DNA of 40,000 bases from an uncultured phage cr271_1. Positions 27,374 to 37,294 of the stretch are shown here, one piece after another. The stretch lies in sequence record MT774394.1; one strand, 5' to 3'. The stretch's first letter is position 1. The number at the start of each line of letters is the position of its first letter. The position numbers and the translations under genes are program-made. The notes beneath the pieces are model-generated. The model had not been told where the DNA came from. It made no database searches and saw only the letters and a program-made list of their open reading frames with translations.

Positions 27374-28171
27374 TTACTCTGCTGACTTCTTCTCACGAAC
27401 GATAGGGTCGTTGTCCTCTACGAACTCGATAGGGAAGATTGTTATCTTTACATTCTCCTTACCGTTGTTGAACTCTACCTCTTCTGCCTCGTCCAACTTC
27501 ACATCGTATACACGATTCTTCTTAGTTGCAGCATCACCAAGGTCAGCCTTAAGAGCACCCCAGATTGCAGTATCAGTAAAGTTAAGCTGACAACCTACAC
27601 CAGTAGCACTAGCAGTAGTAGCAGTCTTAGAACCTGAACAAGCATGGAACTTAGGAGCCTCTACCATATCAATGGTCAGCTTCTCTGCGAGCTCCTCGTC
27701 TGACATCTCGCCGAACTCAGCAACAAGAGCATCACGATTAGCATCAACAATCTCCATAGCGTGCTCAGCAAGATACTTAGCCTTATCCTCCTTTGTATAA
27801 CGCTCTGAAGCCATTACAGGATTACCCTTAGAATCATACTGCTTAACACCCTTAGCAATATACCACTGAGTAAATACTGCGAGCAACTGCTCCTCACCTT
27901 CACGAGTATTGATGTCAATACCATTCTCAGTAGCATAATTAACTACATCGTCAACACGCTGCTGAATTGCAGCCTCAACACCAGCAATATTGTTAAGGAA
28001 CATTACGTTCTCACCAACAGCAATGTTAAGAGCCTTAGAAACAGGTGAGGTAATTACAAACTTACCACTTGTAGAATTAGCAATAAGCTGAGGAGCAGCA
28101 TTAACTGTAGAAGACTTCTGACCTGCCTGAACTGCCTGAACACCGAAAGAAATTTTGTTACCTAACTTCAT
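27374..28171 (-). CDS. Hypothetical protein (265 aa), likely highly expressed
   Basis: ORF bounded by its own terminator; GC-richer, strongly biased codon usage compared with neighbours. Confidence 0.75.
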   Translation of the reverse strand: MKLGNKISFGVQAVQAGQKSSTVNAAPQLIANSTSGKFVITSPVSKALNIAVGENVMFLNNIAGVEAAIQQRVDDVVNYATENGIDINTREGEEQLLAVFTQWYIAKGVKQYDSKGNPVMASERYTKEDKAKYLAEHAMEIVDANRDALVAEFGEMSDEELAEKLTIDMVEAPKFHACSGSKTATTASATGVGCQLNFTDTAIWGALKADLGDAATKKNRVYDVKLDEAEEVEFNNGKENVKITIFPIEFVEDNDPIVREKKSAE

Positions 28172-28273
28172 AATTGTAAAGTTTTAAAAAGGTTTATAAA
28201 TAAATTAATTAAAATTATGTAGTTTAGAACTACGATTAGTTATATTTTTAAGATATACTTTAGACCTTTAAAA

Positions 28274-29215
28274 TTAATTATGAATTTCTTCATAACTATC
28301 TATATCTATAAAATCATCATTGGAAAGATCTTGACCATTGATAATTTTTAATTCAGTCATTTCACAACAACCCATGATAGCATCAGGAGCAATATCCCTA
28401 GCACCAAGAGTGAAAGCACGATGACCAATTAGCACACGAGGATACTTTTTATAAGTATCTTTATCGAATAACCCAGCAGCTTGAGCTTCTGTAAAAGAAA
28501 AATGACTAGTAGCAGTAACTTCATGTTCTTTACCATTAATCATTTTATATCTAGTAAACTTATATTCAGTCACATAATCAATAGGTTGAGCAGCAACTCG
28601 AATAACAGGAAATTTACCTTCACCAGCAAGTTTCATTGCGTGAGCTTTATTAAGTGCAAATGCACATTTATCACTAACTTGAAACTCATTATAAAGATTT
28701 CCTTTTAAATCAGTGTACCATTTTACAGGATATACGCCAACTACATCACCATCAGTTTTTTCCTCAGCTTCTTTAGCAGTACGACACTTAACACAATATT
28801 GAGGAAGTTGTGTTTCATTAAAAATCGTATTACCGTCAGTATACTGATACTGAGGAGTATAATCTTTAGTACATTCCCAAACTACTCCTGCCCTCGATAA
28901 CAACGACTTAATGATATGAACATCAACACCAGTTTTACCATTTATAACATGAATATGTTCAATGCAAGTACTAAAAGGAAGTTGCAAATCTTGAGCTCGC
29001 ATTAAAACAGCAAGTCCATCTTCCTTACTTGTGATACCACTTTTATTACTTCGCATAACCTTAGCAATAAATACTTCGGCAGCAGCAAGTTGTTTTTCAT
29101 CAAGTAGATTTAGAGTACTTAAACCAGCATTTCGTTCAGTAGGTCTTACAGCCAATGTACGACTGTTACTACCATTACTTGTTTCTTCTTGCTTGTCCAT
29201 TATTTCAAAGAGCAT
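28274..29215 (-). CDS. RecT-like single-strand annealing protein
   Basis: GLAVLMRAQDLQLPFSTCIEHIHVINGKTGVDVHIIKSLLSRAG ... ALNKAHAMKLAG ... GHRAFTLGARDIAPDAIMG, RecT-like architecture. Confidence 0.65.
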   Translation of the reverse strand: MLFEIMDKQEETSNGSNSRTLAVRPTERNAGLSTLNLLDEKQLAAAEVFIAKVMRSNKSGITSKEDGLAVLMRAQDLQLPFSTCIEHIHVINGKTGVDVHIIKSLLSRAGVVWECTKDYTPQYQYTDGNTIFNETQLPQYCVKCRTAKEAEEKTDGDVVGVYPVKWYTDLKGNLYNEFQVSDKCAFALNKAHAMKLAGEGKFPVIRVAAQPIDYVTEYKFTRYKMINGKEHEVTATSHFSFTEAQAAGLFDKDTYKKYPRVLIGHRAFTLGARDIAPDAIMGCCEMTELKIINGQDLSNDDFIDIDSYEEIHN

Positions 29216-29253
29216 TTATTTGATTTTCACACTGCAAATATACGAATAATTTT

Positions 29254-30678
29254 TCAATCTACAATAATAAAATCAGAATTTTCTTCACTAACAACGCATT
29301 TTTCACAATTATTTACTATTATGTGGTTATTTGCTTGTTCTTTGTTCTCCAATAACCTTTCTTCCATACTATTTTTACAATATAATGAATATAATACTAT
29401 ATTACCAGACCTAAACGAAAGATTACTCATACGATACATATAAGATTTAATACTTTCACATTGAGGAGAAGTAATAATAACAATATCTACATCAACTGCA
29501 AGTTCTTTATCAGGAGCATTATTGGTAGAAAGAACTCTAAGCTTATCTTGATTGAACATATGTTCATTATAAGTTTTTTGTGCTTGAGCAGCCATCATAC
29601 GACGTTCACCCTTTTTAGCTCCACTTTTATAGTATAGAGGAAGACCGTTAACATCAACAGCAGGTATAGGTTCTACCCTATCGTGATAATTACCACAAAT
29701 TGGTGACATAGAGCAACAATTTATATATTGTGTAACTCTAGTAGCAAAATCACCACGCTTATTGATGATAAGAATCTTTTTACCAGGATTATCTTCAATT
29801 ACTTTAAGAATAGCATCTAACTTACCATCATAATCTGATAAAAGTTGACTTCTATTTCGAATAATTTCATATGTTTTAGAAGCACGTTCTTTTAAGTTCA
29901 TAGGATTGTATAATCTATCAATCTCAACATTAAATTCTATTGACATATCAAGATTTTCATTCCACCCATTTTCTTGTGCAATTTGAGCACATATTTGATT
30001 AGAAGAAATATTTAAAGCAATATTACCAGTTCTAGCTTGCTGCATAACATCAAAAGAACCAAATATAGCTAAACTAGTACTAATATACTCATTAGCTTTA
30101 TCTAAATCTTTTCTTGCATTACTATCTTCTGGTATATCCACTCCAATCTGAATTTCTTCTACGGGGGTGCTTAAGCGAACTGCTTCTACCTCATTATGTT
30201 TAAAATCATCTAATAGAGGACAAATTTTATACAATGCTACAATATCTTCAGGTGTCTTAAGTAGTTTATTTAAAATTACAAGTTTAAATCTACTAGCAGT
30301 AAGATAATCTATAAGACATTGAGGAATAGATTCTGGACGATATAACACACAAAGAAAAGGTGTAGCTTTATATGTTCCTCTAAGAACAAAATCGAGAGTA
30401 AACACTTTTAAATGTCCATCATCAATAATCTTCTTAAATTCAGCATCATTTTCTTCATTACCTTGTTGTGTAAGAAATTCGATAAGTTCTTGTCGTTCTG
30501 AAAAATTATTTGTAACAATAATTGTTTTACAAGTAGGACTTCTAGCGTAAATACGCTGAAGAACACCGAGTACCATTACTTTATCATTAAGTGTAGTAGG
30601 AATTAGAGCTGTTCCAATTCCTGCTGCATCTCTCCAATGAAGGATGGCATTTTCAAACATTTCACCAGCTTCGTTCAT
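29254..30678 (-). CDS. SNF2/SF2-like helicase (divergent)
   Basis: Tandem RecA-like layout with KILIINKRGDFATRVTQYI and C-terminal IVIITSPQCESIKSYMYRMSNLSFR...SMEERLLENKE segment; motif I degenerate. Confidence 0.5.
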   Translation of the reverse strand: MNEAGEMFENAILHWRDAAGIGTALIPTTLNDKVMVLGVLQRIYARSPTCKTIIVTNNFSERQELIEFLTQQGNEENDAEFKKIIDDGHLKVFTLDFVLRGTYKATPFLCVLYRPESIPQCLIDYLTASRFKLVILNKLLKTPEDIVALYKICPLLDDFKHNEVEAVRLSTPVEEIQIGVDIPEDSNARKDLDKANEYISTSLAIFGSFDVMQQARTGNIALNISSNQICAQIAQENGWNENLDMSIEFNVEIDRLYNPMNLKERASKTYEIIRNRSQLLSDYDGKLDAILKVIEDNPGKKILIINKRGDFATRVTQYINCCSMSPICGNYHDRVEPIPAVDVNGLPLYYKSGAKKGERRMMAAQAQKTYNEHMFNQDKLRVLSTNNAPDKELAVDVDIVIITSPQCESIKSYMYRMSNLSFRSGNIVLYSLYCKNSMEERLLENKEQANNHIIVNNCEKCVVSEENSDFIIVD

Positions 30679-30687
30679 AATATATTA

Positions 30688-31761
30688 TTAATTAAAATCG
30701 TCATCATCAAAAAGAATATTATATTGTCTAGCATATTGTTTCAATAATGCTTTACCAGATTTAGTACCTTTATTTCTATCAGCTTTCGTAGTTGCAGATA
30801 TACCAAGCATAATAGGGTCTATAATCTTATAACACTCTTCATAATAATATCCGTAGTTAATATTTCGTTCTTCTATAGGTTTATCATCAAGAGAATTAAG
30901 AATAATAACAGGTTTTCCTCCAGCAAGACGAGACATTTTGCCATCAGTCTTATTTTGCTTTTGAATAACAACTCCTTTATTAGATACATAAAATCTAACA
31001 TGACGTTGACTTTTAACAGTTTCAATTTCACCATTATTCCATCTTTGATAAACAACATCAAATTGTCTACCTACATTCTGTGTTTTACAGAAATCAAGAA
31101 TATCTGTATGATTATGAAGTGTATCCATTACAGGAGTATTATTAACAAAATATTCAAAGACAGCTTTAGCTACAATAGGCATATCATAACCTTTCTTCAA
31201 ATCTTTGATATATTGTTTAGGATCAAGAGCGCCTTTAAATTCATATTCAATACCTTTTTTAGTAATCTGAACATCGAAATAATTGTTAACATCTCTACTA
31301 ACAATCTTTTCATATTCTTCAAAGTCAGCACCCATTTTATTAAACTCATTCCAACGGTCTGTAATATCCTTGTAAACATTAAATTTATTACGAGGAAGTT
31401 TAATTACAATACCATCAGTATTAGCACTAATAACATGAATACCATTAAGCTCTAACTCTTCAACTAGTGTCATTGTCATTAATTGACCATTTATAGTAAC
31501 TTGCATCTGAGCAAATCTATCATAAAGAAAAAATAATTCAGAACCAAGTTTACCATATATAGAGTTAATAACAATCTTTAGTGCTTCAGCTCCAATTTTA
31601 TTAGGAACACCATCAAGCACATAACCTTCTTCATCAGGAGTATGTTTACATTTTACACGCGTATCTTTTAAGAAACTAACCATTTTAATAAAAGCTTGTT
31701 TATTAAGATGTTGTGGATAAATGTTATAACTAATCATTATACTAGGATAATATGATGTGTA
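30688..31761 (-). CDS. Family B DNA polymerase, exon 2 (polymerase domain)
   Basis: YTSYYPSMI (motif A, continuing exon 1 ...HHD), KIVINSIYGKLG (motif B), ISANTDGIVI (motif C). Confidence 0.9.
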   Translation of the reverse strand, partial: YTSYYPSIMISYNIYPQHLNKQAFIKMVSFLKDTRVKCKHTPDEEGYVLDGVPNKIGAEALKIVINSIYGKLGSELFFLYDRFAQMQVTINGQLMTMTLVEELELNGIHVISANTDGIVIKLPRNKFNVYKDITDRWNEFNKMGADFEEYEKIVSRDVNNYFDVQITKKGIEYEFKGALDPKQYIKDLKKGYDMPIVAKAVFEYFVNNTPVMDTLHNHTDILDFCKTQNVGRQFDVVYQRWNNGEIETVKSQRHVRFYVSNKGVVIQKQNKTDGKMSRLAGGKPVIILNSLDDKPIEERNINYGYYYEECYKIIDPIMLGISATTKADRNKGTKSGKALLKQYARQYNILFDDDDFN

Positions 31762-32131
31762 CAATTTTGAATATATCTTTTACTAATTAGATTAATTACT
31801 TCTAATCAATATATTCCTATACATTTCTGTATAGATTAGACTATATCTTCATTATGTATAATATCTCTATATTTATATCTTTTTGGATAATAACATAATG
31901 CAGCGTGCTTCAATTTAGTTAATTACTCTAAATTTACGTCTTTCGACTAGTCGTTGAACCTTCATCTTCTATATTAGTAAGATGCTCGGCTGCGGATTAT
32001 CCAATTCTATTAGTTTTTACTATACTTTTACTCTTTCTGTAAAACCATAATGTATATTTCTATCATTATTTAGTATAATAGACTCTAAGGAACTTCCCGC
32101 AATTCTCGCTGTTTATTCATGACTACAATCA
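31762..32131 (-). other. Group I intron, 370 nt, ORF-less, inserted in DNA polymerase motif A
   Basis: On the minus strand: P AATTGCGGGAA (32094-32104), Q AATCCGCAGCC (31988-31998), R GTTCAACGACTAGTC (31945-31959), S AAGATATAGTC (31839-31849); P1 exon CATGAT pairs with intron GTCATG with U-G at the splice site; intron ends in G; joining restores ...YLYLHHD|YTSYYPSMI. Confidence 0.95.
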
Positions 32132-33385
32132 ATCATGATGCAAATATAAATATTTATCATCACTAATACATACTCTAGGAGGGTCTTGTGAATGAATACC
32201 ACCAGTTGCTATAGTATATTTAGTACCATAGAATTCTAATTCTCTTTGAAATTCTTTACTATTTGTATGATATATACTTACTTTCTTTATATCTTCAAGA
32301 AAATCTTGAAGTTGTTTAGTCTTAAATTTAATATGAGGAAATATAATTTTTTTAAAACTAAGTCTATTACGTTCAGTTCTACCTTTAATAAATTGGTCTC
32401 TTCTAAGACCACTCATATCAGAATAAAACTTAATTGTAAGTTTATCAGCAATATTAGCTCGAGCACTACAAAGAACATTAACACCAAAAGCATTAGTAAT
32501 ACTATATCTCAACTTAACTTCATCAGGTTTTTGCCTAACTATTTCACATACAAGAAATACATCATTCTTGTTATAATATAGCATAGGTTGAATATACTTA
32601 GGAAGTACATATCTATCAAAGTCAGTTGTGATAAGCATATTAAGTTGATTAAGAGGCATACCTCTATATTCATCTTTTTTATGCCAATAAATATTTGCTT
32701 CTTCTTCATCTATAGGAGGAAGAGTAAAATCAAGTAATTCATGCCATTTAAGATTAATAGAAGTTTGTTTTAGACTCTTACCATACTTATTTCGTTCACC
32801 TGTTTCTTTATCTATGTTAACACCAGCAGAATGTAATCCATAAACTTGTTGAACATCAACAGTAGTATAAGGTAATCTATAATTTCTAAGAAATTCTATT
32901 TCCTTATCATTATAGAAAGCATCTTTATCACTTTGAAGTCTAATAATTTTCTTACTTAAATTATATAAATATTGAATAAGAGCTTTTGTACTATCAAAAC
33001 GATTAAAATGCATCATAAAACCTTTAATCATTAAATCATCATATCCTTGATTATTAAAACCAAATAAATCAGTTCGAATTGGTATTTGATATATTTCACC
33101 AGCATCACTAGTTTTAGTTTCATATCTAGCTGTCATATTATTTATGAAAGCAACCATTTCTATTAACTGACTATCATTAGTATCGCTAATCCAAAATATA
33201 TATGATTTAACAGAATCAAGACGTTTCTTAATCTCTTCTACTGTTAAACATTCAGTCAAAGCTTTAGGTTTTCCTTTAGCATCAACACAATCTTTAAATT
33301 TGTTAAGATAATCTTTTAAATCTACATAAGTTATACTAAATAGATTAGGAAATATCTCAACATCCATTCCAAGACTATTAATCAT
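32132..33385 (-). CDS. Family B DNA polymerase, exon 1 (3'-5' exonuclease and N-terminal part)
   Basis: MDVEIFPNLFSI exonuclease motif, ends ...DDKYLYLHHD, which supplies the catalytic Asp of motif A. Confidence 0.9.
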
Positions 33386-33933
33386 ACTCTAAGTATTTCA
33401 TATCCATTATAAGTTTTATTATTTACAGAATTATACCATTTTAAAAGATGACTTTTGAATACTTCAAATTTATTATTATCAACATACTTTATAAGAGGAG
33501 AATAATTAACACAATATCTACGATTATTAGATGAAATCATAATAGTATCAAGATATTGGTTAATATCACAAGCAAAAAATCTTCTTCCAGCCTCACCAAG
33601 AAGTAATATATCTTGGAAATCATACTTCAATACATCATTGCCAAAATTAGTTAAACAACGACGATAAATATCATCATTAAGTTCACAACTAATAGTTTCA
33701 TTACAACGAATAAAAGGAACGATAAATACATCGATAAGCTCCCCCGTAGAAGAGATGATAGACTTTATGATTTCTACTTGTTTACTAAATCCTATATCAC
33801 CTTTTTTATACGCTATATAATCTACATTAGGTATGACAATACACTTACCAAAGTAAGGATTGCCAATACCTTGTAGATTATAATGTTTTGTATTGAAAAG
33901 TCTTAGAGCACATCCAGAACAAACATCAATCAT
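33382..33933 (-). CDS. Uracil-DNA glycosylase superfamily (family 4-like, Fe-S) protein
   Basis: CSGC near the N terminus, IVPFIRCNETISCELNDDIYRRC (C-x16-C) and DFQDILLLGEAGRRFF, matching the Cys spacing and LG.xA segment of family 4 UDGs. Confidence 0.55.
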   Translation of the reverse strand: MIDVCSGCALRLFNTKHYNLQGIGNPYFGKCIVIPNVDYIAYKKGDIGFSKQVEIIKSIISSTGELIDVFIVPFIRCNETISCELNDDIYRRCLTNFGNDVLKYDFQDILLLGEAGRRFFACDINQYLDTIMISSNNRRYCVNYSPLIKYVDNNKFEVFKSHLLKWYNSVNNKTYNGYEILRV

Positions 33934-34190
33934 ATAACTATTTCATCAACAGTTACTTTTTGAAGTTTACCTCTATATCCTCTAGCTCTAAGTTCAAGAA
34001 TTAGTTCTCTAGATGTAAAATCTTTAAACTTTTCATCTTGAGAGTATTCTTTATCTTCACAAGCTTTACGAGCTGTGTGATAACCACGTTTAGTATATCT
34101 CTCAAACTTAGAAACAGGAAGAATTTTACCACAAACCATACATTTTCGAGTTTCTTCTATAGGCGTGGTAATTGGACTATTATTTTCCAT
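33930..34190 (-). CDS. Small zinc-finger-like protein (86 aa)
   Basis: CMVCGKILPVSKFERY...RKACEDK. Confidence 0.6.
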   Translation of the reverse strand: MENNSPITTPIEETRKCMVCGKILPVSKFERYTKRGYHTARKACEDKEYSQDEKFKDFTSRELILELRARGYRGKLQKVTVDEIVI

Positions 34191-35675
34191 ATTTTAAATA
34201 AAGTTTATTTTTAGAACGACTACAAGCTACATAAAGTCTTCTATTTATTTCTTCAGCATCTGTATAAGGTCGTCCATATTTATCAAATACAATATCGTTT
34301 ACATCAACAAGAGTAGTATCAAAAGTACTACCTTGTGATTTATGAGAAGTTAGAGAGAAACCATAATCTAAATCTCTACTGAATAGTATTTTACCATCAG
34401 CAGATAGAATATTTGTCAATAACAGACAAGTTTCTTTAAATTCATAATATTCTCTCCATCTTTGAGCACGTAGTTTAACACTAGAATTTTTAGCAGTTTG
34501 TATCATTTCTTGAGATAGTTTAATATACATTTGTACAGTAAACATATCTTTATGGTCAAGACAAATAAAGGAGTTGTACTACTTCCACCATGAATAGCAG
34601 TAAATCGAACCATAAATCCTTTTAACTGATATTTAGGATGTACATAGTTTACAACATCTCTTAAAATATATTCTTCACTATTTTTAATAATACATTCATT
34701 AAACTGATTTACAATAGTTATATAACTAATAATCAAGTCATTCTTTGTAATAACAGATTTATCTGCATCTTTTATTATAGCATTACGAACAAACTTATTC
34801 CATGCAGAAACAGTATTATTCGTATAACCAATAACTTTTGCAAAATCTATATTACTAGTTAACGCATCATCATTAAAGTTATTATAAACTATAGTATCAA
34901 ATTCTTGTGCTGTACACACTTGATAACCTTTAGTATTATCTTCATTAAATCTACTACGATTCTTTGTGATATATTCTAAAAACGTAAATGATTTATGTTC
35001 AATATCAAATCGTAATAATTCAAGCAGATGACTAATAGGATTATCTTCACCTTGTCGAACTACTTGTTTGAGAGTAAAAACTCTAACACCTTTAAAAGCA
35101 GAACTATACTTTTCATTAACTGGAGCTAACTGACTTGCATCACCAATATAAATAATCTTACAATGATTAGTTTTACAAGTCTTTTCAAGGAACATACAAA
35201 GTCCTCTATTAATCATAGATGATTCATCTACAATATAAAGTTTATAATCTCCAATTTTAATTCTACCTTTTGGGTCAAATGGTGGATTATTAATATCAAA
35301 CTTATCTACATCAAAATTAAGTCTAAGACCTAAATCTGATTGTAAAGTATTAATTTTAATATTAGAAATACCAATACTCTCATTCAATACTCGACAAGCC
35401 TTATGAGTAGGAGCTGCAAGACCTATCGTAGAATAACTATATCCACAATTTTTGATTAAAGCTTTAACAAGATAAGTCTTACCAGTACCTGCTGCACCAA
35501 CTAATGCTCTTTTATAATCATTTTCATTATAAGGACTATTAATAAATTCAATAAGTCCATTATAAGCATTTAGCTGGTCGTCAGTAAATCCTAAAGTACT
35601 TACTGGGTCTTTTCCATTAGCTTGACTAATCTGTGTTATGTTCATCGTTACTTGGGAATAAAGGTTTAGTATCAT
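34180..35675 (-). CDS. SF1 helicase (Dda/RecD-like), split by an apparent 1-nt frameshift near 34550
   Basis: ORF 34503-35675 has GAAGTGKT (Walker A), IVDESSM (Walker B), IYIGDASQLAPV; ORF 34180-34545 in the -1 frame has SLTSHKSQGSTFD and RRLYVACSRSKN. Confidence 0.85.
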
Positions 35676-36105
35676 CTATTCTAGTAGGTAAATCATGCAC
35701 ATAATTACCAACACCATGAGTTTCTTTTAAATCAAACATAAGTTTACCGTCTTTACGAACAACATATCCTGAACAAACTAATCTCTCTATAACAGCAGTA
35801 TATTGAGTTGGAAGTCCAGGAAAAAGTTTACACATAGAAGGATCTCTATGATATGCAATATTATGTCCATATTTGTCTTTTTCGTGACTATAAACGACAA
35901 CTTTGCCTTTTAATTCAAAACTCTCTTTGGTAAAAGGAACAACTAGAAAATCAGGATATTCTGGGTCATTTCTTAGAGATATTCTAATTTTATACTCATC
36001 TCCTTCTTTAATAGTTGTACCAATACATAATCTACTAACTCGATTAGATTTACTAACTTTAGGTTTCTTCTTAAAACCTTTAGCTAGATTAATAGTAAAA
36101 CCCAT
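35626..36105 (-). CDS. Hypothetical protein (159 aa)
   Basis: ORF. Confidence 0.6.
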   Translation of the reverse strand: MGFTINLAKGFKKKPKVSKSNRVSRLCIGTTIKEGDEYKIRISLRNDPEYPDFLVVPFTKESFELKGKVVVYSHEKDKYGHNIAYHRDPSMCKLFPGLPTQYTAVIERLVCSGYVVRKDGKLMFDLKETHGVGNYVHDLPTRIDDTKPLFPSNDEHNTD

Positions 36106-36107
36106 AA

Positions 36108-36413
36108 TTACTTACGTTTATTAGTTTTCTTAGTTTTATTGGTAAGAGAGTGTTCTTTAGAAGCCTTACGAGAATTAGAAAGATTCTTTACTTGTTCAGT
36201 TTTAGATTCACCATCGTAATAACCTCCGACTCCAGCAGTATTATCCCAAATAAATGTCCATCCACAATAATGTGTAAGAAAGTCAATTCTACCCCACATA
36301 TGAATACCAATGGTAACATTTTTGGATGCACGTAGAGTCTTATCGGAATAATTAATCTTACCAACTCGACTGAAACAACGCAGGTCTTTGTTTTCATCAT
36401 GCTTTTTAGCCAT
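36108..36413 (-). CDS. Hypothetical basic protein (101 aa)
   Basis: ORF; Lys/Asn/Thr-rich tail. Confidence 0.5.
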   Translation of the reverse strand: MAKKHDENKDLRCFSRVGKINYSDKTLRASKNVTIGIHMWGRIDFLTHYCGWTFIWDNTAGVGGYYDGESKTEQVKNLSNSRKASKEHSLTNKTKKTNKRK

Positions 36414-36473
36414 TTTACAACAAATTTAAAAAGTTATTAATTAATATTATTTATAGTTCTAATTAGAACATTG

Positions 36474-36546
36474 TCTCCTCTATGAGATTCGAACTCATGA
36501 CCCATACATTAAAAATGTATTACTCTACCAACTGAGCTAAGAGAAG
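36474..36546 (-). tRNA. tRNA-Lys (anticodon TTT)
   Basis: CTTCTCT/AGAGGAG acceptor, GCTC D-stem, ATACA-TTTTTAA-TGTAT anticodon arm, ATGAG-TTCGAAT-CTCAT T-arm. Confidence 0.92.
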
Positions 36547-36704
36547 TTGTAATAGTTGTAATGTTACTACTTTCACAAGCAATAACATTACTGGGATTAT
36601 TACAGAAAAATTAATAGTTTTACTATCTTAGTACAATACTTTATCACTACTTTATCTATCTGGTATCGGACTTAGTAAAACTATATTATCAAAAATTAAA
36701 ATAG

Positions 36705-36788
36705 TACCGAGAACGGGACTCGAACCCGCACAACTAAATGGTCAACAGATTTTAAGTCTGTCGTGTCTACCAATTCCACCATCTCGGC
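36705..36788 (-). tRNA. tRNA-Leu (anticodon TAA), long variable arm
   Basis: GCCGAGA/TCTCGGT acceptor, CAGA-CTTAAAA-TCTG anticodon arm, GCGGG-TTCGAGT-CCCGT T-arm, class II length. Confidence 0.92.
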
Positions 36789-36966
36789 ATCCATCTATTT
36801 TTATAAAATAGAAAACTTTATTTTACTATCTACTATGTTATAATTATCTATAACTCTAAATATATAATATACATCATTTTCTATAGTATTAAAAATATCT
36901 TAATTTTCTATATCTTCTTATTTTATAGTATTATCTGGTATATCTATTTGTACAATTATAATGATT

Positions 36967-37071
36967 ATTTAATTTATTTTTGTTTGATTTGAGAGCATTT
37001 AATATCTTACCTTAACAAGACATCACCAAAGCATATAAAACGCAACACAAGCCACGAGAGGTGGTAAATTT
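36967..37071 (-). repeat. Copy B of a three-copy ~105-nt non-coding element
   Basis: ATTTAATTTATTTTTG (36967-36982, identical to copy C), ACCTTAACAAGACATCA, CAACACAAGCCACGAG, AAATTT (37066-37071). Confidence 0.6.
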
Positions 37072-37087
37072 GGCATTTCTACACCTA

Positions 37088-37222
37088 TTATGCAGGCAAA
37101 GCACAATCTACATAATCCCTTTCTTGCCATTCAAGACTATTTAAAATAATATCTGCTTCTTGTTCTTCAAGATATTCTTTAATCTCTTCATTAGTCATTT
37201 GTTCAAACATATTTGTATTCAT
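37088..37222 (-). CDS. Small hypothetical protein (44 aa)
   Basis: MNTNMFEQMTNEEIKEYLEEQEADIILNSLEWQERDYVDCALPA; fills gap before element B. Confidence 0.5.
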   Translation of the reverse strand: MNTNMFEQMTNEEIKEYLEEQEADIILNSLEWQERDYVDCALPA

Positions 37223-37294
37223 AGTAATTAATTTAATCAATAAAAGGGAGATAGTAAATAGTTATACTATCTCCCAAAACCAATCTTTATTACA

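Noticed and set aside
28219-28233. GTAGTT-TAG-AACTAC hairpin between the RecT-like gene and 27374-28171
   Set aside because: Only 6 bp with a weak T-tract; too little to call a terminator.
34503-34600. Second intron or intein explaining the split helicase
   Set aside because: The two halves overlap in neighbouring frames with no intervening sequence or intron core; a single-nucleotide shift is sufficient.
14298-36788. Possible stop-codon reassignment (TAG or TGA recoding), as seen in some crAss-like phages
   Set aside because: Recognisable genes are full length with standard code, and the tRNAs found (Gln-TTG, Lys-TTT, Leu-TAA) are not suppressors.
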